Below, one piece after another: positions 30,220 through 37,398 of a DNA stretch of 64,000 nucleotides. The stretch covers positions 1,445 through 65,444 of the forward strand of contig JAVHLJ010000006.1 in the NCBI GenBank assembly GCA_031082205.1, read 5' to 3'. The DNA comes from Elusimicrobiales bacterium (GTDB lineage Bacteria > Elusimicrobiota > Elusimicrobia > Elusimicrobiales > UBA9959). Under the pieces are notes generated by a model. The model was given only the letters and a program-made list of their open reading frames with translations, did not search any database and had not been told where the DNA came from. Position 1 is the first letter of the stretch; each line of letters begins with the position of its first letter. Made by a program: the position numbers and the translations under genes.

Positions 30220-31398
30220 TCAGGGATTCCGGGTCCAGGAGCTTTTACTTAATTTTTTTCCGTCCAGGAGAACCTCCCGTCCGGCGCCGCCGTTGAACGA
30301 CACTACCAGATCGACGTGCTGTGAAGAATGGTTGGCGGAACCGGACCGGAGCAGCCTGCTGAAACGGCGTCTCCCTCGCGCGTTCTTCAGGTCCGCGCCG
30401 AAAGCTTCCGGAAAACACGTGCCAAGGGCTATATGCATGGTTCCCCCGATCTTTTCGCAGAAAAGGGGATGCTTTAGCGGCAGGGATAGCCCCGTGTTTA
30501 TTCCGAAAGCCACTTCTCCCACCCGTTTCGCCCCGCTGTCGGTGCGTATTATCTCGCTTAACTTCCGCCCCCCGTTTTTTGATCTGAACGCGACGACTTC
30601 TCCGTCCGTGAATTTGAGGTACGTTCCGGATATGATCTCGCCCTGGACCAGGATCGGCATGTCCAGGAAGATTTCTCCGTTCACGCTGTTGGCCAATGGG
30701 CTGGTGAACACTTCTCCCTGGGGTATATTGATGCCTTGCAGGTCGTTCAGAATGCGCTGGCCCTCTATGATCATTTTCAGTTCCAAGATCCGTCCGCCCG
30801 GTCTGGGACTGGTGAGTATGGACAGCTCCCTTGTTTTTGAGAGCGCGGCCGATATTTTTTCCGCCGTCTTTAGTGTTCTCGAGAATGGTTCGGTGGCCCC
30901 GCGGATGACGGCTTCCGCGTATTTCCTGAAAGGGAGCCCCTCTATGCGCGCGAAAGCCTCGGTCGGATACATCGTCACGACCCACTTTTTCTCCCTGCGT
31001 ATTTCGCGCATCCCGGCGTCCAGCTCGAGGATCCGTTTCATGACAGGCCCTTCGGCGCATTTTGCCGCCTCCGGGTCTTCCATCCCCAGTATTTCTATTA
31101 CCTTGTCCGCTGCTTCGTTGCGCAGCCGCTGCCAGGCCGGGGCCGCGCGCAGGTTGCGGAGATCTCCCAGCCGGGATACGGCCGCGCTCCAGATCCGCCC
31201 TCTTTCATTGTCGGGGGGGGCCATCGCGATGTCGGCCATGCCGCCCGACCTGAGTATCTTTTCCTGAAGCAGTTCTATCAGCGGCCAGGCGGCGTGTTCG
31301 CCTCTTATCATCACCGTTTCGCCGGGTCTTACGCCTCCCAGGGACCTTGTAAGGAGGATGTCCGCCCATTTGTCGAGCAGGTTGCGATGTTTATCCAT
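30220..31398 (-). CDS. M29 family aminopeptidase (second paralog)
   Basis: MDKHRNLLDKWADILLTRSL and GGTMHIALGTCF. ATG 31398 chosen, 32 nt downstream of the histidine kinase stop. Confidence 0.7.
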   Translation of the reverse strand: MDKHRNLLDKWADILLTRSLGGVRPGETVMIRGEHAAWPLIELLQEKILRSGGMADIAMAPPDNERGRIWSAAVSRLGDLRNLRAAPAWQRLRNEAADKVIEILGMEDPEAAKCAEGPVMKRILELDAGMREIRREKKWVVTMYPTEAFARIEGLPFRKYAEAVIRGATEPFSRTLKTAEKISAALSKTRELSILTSPRPGGRILELKMIIEGQRILNDLQGINIPQGEVFTSPLANSVNGEIFLDMPILVQGEIISGTYLKFTDGEVVAFRSKNGGRKLSEIIRTDSGAKRVGEVAFGINTGLSLPLKHPLFCEKIGGTMHIALGTCFPEAFGADLKNARGRRRFSRLLRSGSANHSSQHVDLVVSFNGGAGREVLLDGKKLSKSSWTRNP

Positions 31399-31430
31399 AA
31401 AATTCCCGCCTCGTCGGATTCGGTCCGGTC

Positions 31431-33599
31431 TTACTTCCACGGCGGCTCCTTGCCGGTCACGGTCAGCCATGGAAGATGGGCAAAGGCCTCGGGCGCATGT
31501 CCTGTCGCCAGCCGGATGTTCTTGTAGCCCGCTGCACGCAGCCGCAGGGCGACTTCCTCCCCTTTCTCTCCGTCGCCAAGTTCCGAATCTATGTATATGC
31601 GGCTGTCCTTGCTTATCTCCAGCTCCGCGGAAAAGAAGTCGGCAGCGGAGGGGAATATGCGTACCGGTTCTCCCCTGGTTTCGGCCGAGGTCTTCCAGGT
31701 CATCCGCGTAAGCGCGTCATCGTCTATTAGCACGGTCAGCGCTTTGACCGCCGGGGTTCCCGGTCTTATGCGTATAGGGACCAGCCCGGCCAGTCCTTTA
31801 GGTATGATACGGATCCCCATGTTAAGGCAGGACGCGATAATGTCCGGTTCCTCGTACCGGCTGGTCGCCAGGACCGCCCTCTTTTGCAGGGAGAACTCCG
31901 CCGCCAGGCTCAGCCCGGTTTCGAAAGTGTCGGCCAGTTCGTAATCGAGAAGGAATAGGGCCGTATTGGCTGCGCCGGTGTTTTCGTTCATCCAGGCGCG
32001 TAAATCAGCGGAAGACGAGAGATGCACGGCCGTTATCCCGCCCCTGCCCGAACTCAGGGACTCCAGCCTGCCGCGCCATATCTGATGTATGCTGCTGTCG
32101 TCGTCCAGGATCACCAGAGTCCCGCCTTTTTCGATGCTTATCTCAGGCATGAACCAGGCCGGCGCCTCCGCGCGGGGGAGTCGTATCTCGGCTTCCGTTC
32201 CCTTTCCAGTGGAAGAACTAAGCGAAAAGGTCCCGTTCCAGGACTCGGTTACTGTCTTGGCGTAATGGACCCCCAGCCCGGATCCGCCGGTTTTTCCGTG
32301 GGTCTCTCCCCTTTTGCCTATTTTGGCCAGGATACCGGGCGGTATGCCTTTGCCGTCGTCGCGGACCCTTATGACCGCTTCATCGCCTTCCCGGTCCAGG
32401 GAGACGGTCGCGTAACCTTCCCTATCCATGGCCTCGACGGAGTTGTTTAGAAGGTTGGAGAGGGCCCGCTTAAGTTCGGAGGGACGAACCTTGGCGAAGA
32501 GGCCATAGGAGTCCCTCCCGAAGCAGGAGTCGATGCGGACGCCTATTTTGCCGCGGAACTGAAGACGCTTCTCGCTCACTATGGATTCTATGAGCGATGA
32601 GATAAGGCAGGCGGAAAGCGGCGCCTCCTGTTCTTTCGGCGCCGGGGCGCCGCCGTCTTCGCGGAACGGCAGGCTCCTGTTCCGCTCTATCAGGTCGTTC
32701 GCGATATCCCTGATCCTGTCTATGGCGCTCCGCAGCAGGCGGCGCTTCTCCTCCGGAAGGGAGGAGATGTCTTTGTTCAGGGAATCCATGGCCGCGAGGG
32801 GCGAGCGGATATCGTGCGCTACCTGGGCGGCCTGTTTGCCGAGCGCCGAGAAACTGGCCTCGCGCTGATGGGCTTCCTGGGAGGCGATAAGTTTTTTCAG
32901 CGAGTTCTTGAGGACGTCCAGCAGCACTTTCAGTTCCGGGCTGCTTTTCCGCGGCGCCAGGCGCGCGTCGAAGTCCTCAAGCGGTATCGGCCATTCTGTG
33001 CCTATTTTTTTAAGATTCGACACGAATTCGTCCAGCGGTCTCAGGATCGCCCTGGTGTTGTAGAGAAGCACGGCCGTCCAGGCCGGGATGAAAAGCAGGA
33101 AAAAGAAGAATACGCTGTTGAGCTGCCGGAGGAAATTCCCGTACGCCGTTTTCCAGTAATAGGCGATTTCCACGGCGCCCCAGTATTTCCCCGTATCGTC
33201 CCTCACGTCGGAACGGAGCACGGCGACCTTTTCCGCTCCGAGCACCAGGGACTCCTGTATCGCCCGCGTGGCGACCGCGACCCGGAAGGACTCTATTTCA
33301 AATACGTCCTTTTCCGTGCTCAGATGGACGGGCAGGCCCCGCTCATCGAGTATCGCCAGATAGGCCATTTCGTCCTTCTTGAAGAGGCCGGTGGAAAGCC
33401 TGGACAACTCGAAATAATTGGATATCTGCAGGCCGCTCAGCGCGATGTTGGCGACCTGTTCGCCGAAAGAGGCTCTGTCGGACAGGAACTCTTTCTTGTG
33501 GCTCTTTTCAAAACGGTACAAGTGGGATAGAAAAATCCCCAGGAGCATGGAGAAGCTCATCGCTATCACGAGGAGCACTAGTTTGAGGTTGGTTCTCAT
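31431..33599 (-). CDS. Hybrid sensor histidine kinase with two C-terminal receiver domains
   Basis: I place the start at ATG 33599 (MRTNLKLVLLVIAMSF). Two TM segments flank a ~170-aa extracytoplasmic region. H-box AHDIRSPLAAM, N box LLNNSVEAM, DDGKGIP, GGSGLGV. Then REC1 (LVILDDD...FLLDYEL...IPKG) and REC2 (VLIDDD...IYIDSEL). Confidence 0.8.
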   Translation of the reverse strand: MRTNLKLVLLVIAMSFSMLLGIFLSHLYRFEKSHKKEFLSDRASFGEQVANIALSGLQISNYFELSRLSTGLFKKDEMAYLAILDERGLPVHLSTEKDVFEIESFRVAVATRAIQESLVLGAEKVAVLRSDVRDDTGKYWGAVEIAYYWKTAYGNFLRQLNSVFFFFLLFIPAWTAVLLYNTRAILRPLDEFVSNLKKIGTEWPIPLEDFDARLAPRKSSPELKVLLDVLKNSLKKLIASQEAHQREASFSALGKQAAQVAHDIRSPLAAMDSLNKDISSLPEEKRRLLRSAIDRIRDIANDLIERNRSLPFREDGGAPAPKEQEAPLSACLISSLIESIVSEKRLQFRGKIGVRIDSCFGRDSYGLFAKVRPSELKRALSNLLNNSVEAMDREGYATVSLDREGDEAVIRVRDDGKGIPPGILAKIGKRGETHGKTGGSGLGVHYAKTVTESWNGTFSLSSSTGKGTEAEIRLPRAEAPAWFMPEISIEKGGTLVILDDDSSIHQIWRGRLESLSSGRGGITAVHLSSSADLRAWMNENTGAANTALFLLDYELADTFETGLSLAAEFSLQKRAVLATSRYEEPDIIASCLNMGIRIIPKGLAGLVPIRIRPGTPAVKALTVLIDDDALTRMTWKTSAETRGEPVRIFPSAADFFSAELEISKDSRIYIDSELGDGEKGEEVALRLRAAGYKNIRLATGHAPEAFAHLPWLTVTGKEPPWK

Positions 33600-33616
33600 A
33601 GCCTCGTAAAACAGCT

Positions 33617-35173
33617 TTACCTGCCGCAAAAGACGGCTCTCGAGGGTCTCGAGTCCTTGCCGCCGCCGGCGATGCTCACATGGTACATTTCGATGTCGTT
33701 GAAAGATGTGTTGGGGTACTGCACGCCTTCCACCCATTTCTGGACGGTGCCGTCGAAGATGTCCCCGGAGTAAAGCGGTATTATGTACGCTTTTTCTATC
33801 AGCATATCGTTCACCATCCTGAAAAGGGAGGTCCGCCTGGACGGGTTCATTTCGGTCCTGCATTTGTCCAGCAGCGTGTCCAGTTCCTTGTCCGCCTGAC
33901 TGAACATTTTTTTGCCGGAGTCCGATCGGTATGCCGACAAGAGAAAATAGCTGTCCATGAAAGGCCAGTCGCTGCCCAGCAGGGTCATATGCCAGAGTCC
34001 GGATTTGAAATTGGCGGCGATGCCGGAATTATCGGTCTTTTCCGGTATTATCCGCAGCCCTGACTTGGCCGCGTAAGCCGCCAGCCCGTCCAGCAGCGGC
34101 CCCGTGTAGGGGATGTTGCCCGTGAACTGGAGCTTTATCGGCGGAACATCCTTGAATTCTTTATACCCGGCCTTGCGGATAAGACGGAGCGCCTCGGCAG
34201 GGTCGTAGGCCGTCCCTTTGAACCCCGGGTCATAACCTACACGGCCTTTCGGGATATACGACGCCGATCTGCCGAGCAACGGGAACTCCGAACTGAGCCC
34301 GTCGAGCACCCGGTCGTAGTCTATGGCTCTCGCTAAGGCCTGACGGACGTATTTGTTGTCCAGCGGCGGATTGGAGGCGTTCAGGGTGAATATGAAGGAG
34401 ATTATCCCGTTGGTGAAAATACGCTTAAATCCGGAACGGTCGGCGCCCTTGGGGAGATTATATGGGGCGATGTCGTCCAGTTCGCCTTTGACGAAGTCCT
34501 CGAACAGGCGCTCCTTGTCGGGATATATGAAATAGACGATGCCGGGGAGTTTTGGGGGGGACATGAAATAGTCCGGGTTGGCTTTCAGGATCAGGCTGTT
34601 GTCGTTCCGGCATTCCAGTGTGAAAGGCCCGGTCCCTGTCGGAGCCTCTTCCGGCGACCCGCCGTACCCTTTTTTTATGATCGACGCCGCCGAACCGGCG
34701 AGGATGTGCAGAAGATAGGGGGTGGACTGCCTCGTCTCCACTATTACGGTGTCCCCCTCCGCCTTTATCCCGGAAATGTCGTTGAACTGCCTTACCTGGT
34801 CCGACCCCCTGATCATGCGCTGCAGCGAGAATACCACATCGTCGGGCGTAAGTTCGGACCCGTCCACGAAGCGGACCCCTTTCCTTATACGGAAGGCGTA
34901 TTTCCGGCCGTTGTCCGAGACCGACCAGCTCTCCGCCAGCATCGGTTTCCATCTGTAGTCCTTGTCGTAAGCGACCAGCTGGTCGAACAATTGACGTATC
35001 ACCTGCACCTCGTTGCCGGAAGTGCCCTTCACGGGGTCCAGGCTGATAGGCATGGCGTAGAGTATCCGCCGGTAATAATCGTTACGGGGGACCGGCTTTT
35101 CATCTCCGATCGCCGGGCCGGCGAAGGCCGTGACGATGGCGAGAACCGAGATCATGACAGGGCCGCTAAACAT
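33617..35173 (-). CDS. Extracytoplasmic solute-binding protein, family 5 (peptide/nickel Opp/Dpp type), orphan
   Basis: Signal peptide MFSGPVMISVLAIVTAFAGPAIG with SD GGGAG upstream of ATG 35173 (alternative ATG at 35203). Typical SBP_bac_5 layout (LDPVKGTSGNEVQVIRQLFDQLV...). No permease or ATPase genes are adjacent. Overlaps the radical SAM stop by 8 nt. Confidence 0.75.
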   Translation of the reverse strand: MFSGPVMISVLAIVTAFAGPAIGDEKPVPRNDYYRRILYAMPISLDPVKGTSGNEVQVIRQLFDQLVAYDKDYRWKPMLAESWSVSDNGRKYAFRIRKGVRFVDGSELTPDDVVFSLQRMIRGSDQVRQFNDISGIKAEGDTVIVETRQSTPYLLHILAGSAASIIKKGYGGSPEEAPTGTGPFTLECRNDNSLILKANPDYFMSPPKLPGIVYFIYPDKERLFEDFVKGELDDIAPYNLPKGADRSGFKRIFTNGIISFIFTLNASNPPLDNKYVRQALARAIDYDRVLDGLSSEFPLLGRSASYIPKGRVGYDPGFKGTAYDPAEALRLIRKAGYKEFKDVPPIKLQFTGNIPYTGPLLDGLAAYAAKSGLRIIPEKTDNSGIAANFKSGLWHMTLLGSDWPFMDSYFLLSAYRSDSGKKMFSQADKELDTLLDKCRTEMNPSRRTSLFRMVNDMLIEKAYIIPLYSGDIFDGTVQKWVEGVQYPNTSFNDIEMYHVSIAGGGKDSRPSRAVFCGR

Positions 35174-37082
35174 TGGATATCGCTCCCATGTCCGCAAGGT
35201 CATTGAGGTGCCGGATGAGGTCTTCTTTTCCTCCCAGGCCTTCCTCGCGAGGCATATCGCCGGGCCTGGCTGGCCGGCGCTTCGCTGCCTTCAGCGCCTT
35301 GAACAGGCGCGGTTCCAGCTCGAAAGACTCTATGTCCTCCCCCGTGTCGACGAGGCAGAGGAGCGTCCTCCCCGGCCGGGGCCTTTCGGGCAGCGGCCCG
35401 GGCCCGAGATAATCGGAAAGCCGTATTCTCGATTCCAGCAGAAAGGCTTTTCCCGAGAGGCGGTACGGTCTGCCGACGTCGAAAGGGCGCGATTTGCGGG
35501 GCGCGGCCGTCCCCCTGGCCTTTACCATTTTCAGAAGAAGCTTCTCGTATCGGAATATTTCCCGGAAGACGAGGAACTCGGATGGTTTTAGTTTTTTGCG
35601 AATGCAGGCCGTCAGTCCGGGCTTCCACGCCCGCCCGCTAAGGACAGGAAAGACGGCGGCCGGCGGTAATCCGGGGACTGAAAATAGGTAGTTGAAAGAG
35701 CGGTAATGTCCGACCGCCAGTTCCTGCAGCCTCCAGGTCGCGTGCGGCAGCAGCAGGCTTCTTCCCGGCCTGTCCTTAAGGGCCCAGAACTGCCTGAATA
35801 TTTCCGGGTGCCCGTGTATCATGCCGCGGGTCTTCCCGTCGCTGGCTATCAGGGGGGGGGTATAGTAGGAATTCTTCGCGCTGACCTTCCGGGTCCGCTC
35901 CGCTATTTCCGTTCCCGGAAGGGGGAACAGGTGGAGGATGTTCACCCGCTCCGCGCCCATGACCCGCAGCCTGAACGCGAGCCGCACCGAGGCGTTACGG
36001 TCCGAGTCGGACTCCTGGGGGAACCCGAGGATGAAGGAAAAAACGGGGTTGAGGCCGCTGGCGATGAGGTCAGAGGCCAGCGGGAGGACTTTCTTGACGT
36101 CTACGTTCTTCCCGATCGAGTGCTGTATCCTCCGGGATCCGCTCTCGATCCCCACGAAAAGACCGATGCAGCCGGCCTTTTTCATGCCATCCATCAGCCC
36201 CCTGTCCCCAAAAAGGTGTTCCAGCCGCCCGCTGGCGCCCCAGGAGAGCGCTTTGCCCTCGAGTTCCGAGCAAAGCTTTACCGCGAACTCCCTGTCGCAG
36301 AGCAGGTTGTCGTGCACGAGGGAGAACCTTGCCCCGGGGAATTTGGCGGCCAGGGACTGCATTCGCCCGGCTATTACGGCCGGCGGGAGCACGCGGTATT
36401 TCCGTTCCCACATCAGGGACGTGGAGCAGTACGAGCATTTATACGGACAGCCGGTCCCCGCCAGCACCAGCATGAGGCACGCGGGGTTAATCCGGCGGTA
36501 CCCGCCGAAATCGACAAGGCCGTAGTCCGGTTCTATGGTCGTCACGTCAGGCCCCGAGGACTGCGTCGGCGTAGATCTCGCGGCGCCGCTTCCCGGCTCG
36601 CGGTATGTCAGTGACGGGACCTCACGGAAGTCCAGGCCGTTCAGCGCGGCGCAGAGCCTGGTCAACGGTGTTATCCCGTCGTTCCTGATCACGAAGTCGA
36701 CGAAAGGGAAATCCCGTATTATATTTTCCGCTACGAAGGTCGCATGAGGCCCGCCCATCACTATACGCGAGCCGTATCTGCGTTTTATGTACTCGGCGAG
36801 CCTGACCGACAGGTGGAAGTTGTCGCAGAATCCGCCCAGCCCGACCAGGTCGAAAGGGCCCCTTTTCCTGAAAACAGAATCGACGCACCTTTCCTGCGCT
36901 TTCGCGGGGGGGAGCCGTCGCATTTTTTTATCGCAGTATTCGAAGGGGATGTCCAGGATGGTCGTTTCGGTGCCCGGCGAGGCCTCTTTCAGCCCGGAAG
37001 CCAGGTATACCAGGTGCAGGGGATATTCCAGGTCGCGATTTGAAAGCATCGCGAGCATTGGATTTATCAGGAGTACTTTCAT
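35166..37082 (-). CDS. B12-binding (class B) radical SAM enzyme with ~150-aa C-terminal extension
   Basis: MKVLLINP... is a B12-binding-domain N-terminus. CX3CX2C cluster motif GCPYKCSYCS. 638 aa. I do not recognise the C-terminal region after about aa 480. Confidence 0.8.
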   Translation of the reverse strand: MKVLLINPMLAMLSNRDLEYPLHLVYLASGLKEASPGTETTILDIPFEYCDKKMRRLPPAKAQERCVDSVFRKRGPFDLVGLGGFCDNFHLSVRLAEYIKRRYGSRIVMGGPHATFVAENIIRDFPFVDFVIRNDGITPLTRLCAALNGLDFREVPSLTYREPGSGAARSTPTQSSGPDVTTIEPDYGLVDFGGYRRINPACLMLVLAGTGCPYKCSYCSTSLMWERKYRVLPPAVIAGRMQSLAAKFPGARFSLVHDNLLCDREFAVKLCSELEGKALSWGASGRLEHLFGDRGLMDGMKKAGCIGLFVGIESGSRRIQHSIGKNVDVKKVLPLASDLIASGLNPVFSFILGFPQESDSDRNASVRLAFRLRVMGAERVNILHLFPLPGTEIAERTRKVSAKNSYYTPPLIASDGKTRGMIHGHPEIFRQFWALKDRPGRSLLLPHATWRLQELAVGHYRSFNYLFSVPGLPPAAVFPVLSGRAWKPGLTACIRKKLKPSEFLVFREIFRYEKLLLKMVKARGTAAPRKSRPFDVGRPYRLSGKAFLLESRIRLSDYLGPGPLPERPRPGRTLLCLVDTGEDIESFELEPRLFKALKAAKRRPARPGDMPREEGLGGKEDLIRHLNDLADMGAISNV

Positions 37083-37101
37083 CGGCCCGGGCAGGAATTT
37101 A

Positions 37102-37134
37102 CAAATAGAAAGGGACCATGCGCCTATGGTCCCG
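37102..37134 (-). terminator. Candidate leaky intrinsic terminator/attenuator between the small ORF and the radical SAM gene
   Basis: On the minus strand: GGGACCAT-AGGCGC-ATGGTCCC followed by TTTCTATTTGT. It lies 25 nt after the small-ORF stop and 30 nt before the radical SAM ATG. Confidence 0.5.
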
Positions 37135-37159
37135 TCCTGTGCGTAATGACGTCAGCGGA

Positions 37160-37228
37160 TCAGACTATGTCCGCGTTGATACGACCGACATTGAAGTTCT
37201 TCTTCTTCACGCTGTCTATGCGTTTCAT
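37160..37228 (-). CDS. Unannotated 22-codon ORF (MKRIDSVKKKNFNVGRINADIV), candidate precursor/leader peptide
   Basis: ATG preceded by AGGGGGAttaac (strong SD, 5-6 nt spacing). Candidate sigma70-like promoter about 55 nt upstream. TGA stop followed by a hairpin. Below the ORF-track length cut-off. Confidence 0.5.
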   Translation of the reverse strand: MKRIDSVKKKNFNVGRINADIV

Positions 37229-37282
37229 GTTAATCCCCCTGGGGGCCGGAACATCGGGACCGCAAGGACCCCCGTAAAATAA

Positions 37283-37311
37283 AGTTTAGCAGAATGCGTC
37301 TCAGTTCGCAA
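37283..37311 (-). promoter_or_regulatory. Candidate promoter of the small ORF/radical SAM operon
   Basis: Minus strand TTGCGA-17 nt-TAAACT, located in the locally AT-richer intergenic region. Confidence 0.4.
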
Positions 37312-37398
37312 GGGCCGGAGGGCCCGGGTAACCCGGCATTCCCGGGTCGCGGCGCAACTGCTTTGTCCGGAGCTTTTTAATTTGGAATAATGTGATAC

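Noticed and set aside
37160-37228. Treating the 22-codon ORF purely as a chance ORF.
   Set aside because: I did not reject the ORF itself, and I considered and set aside the chance explanation. The ORF combines a strong SD at correct spacing, a promoter with the locally recurrent TAAACT -10, a downstream hairpin, and a position directly 5' of a radical SAM gene. The call still carries only moderate confidence.
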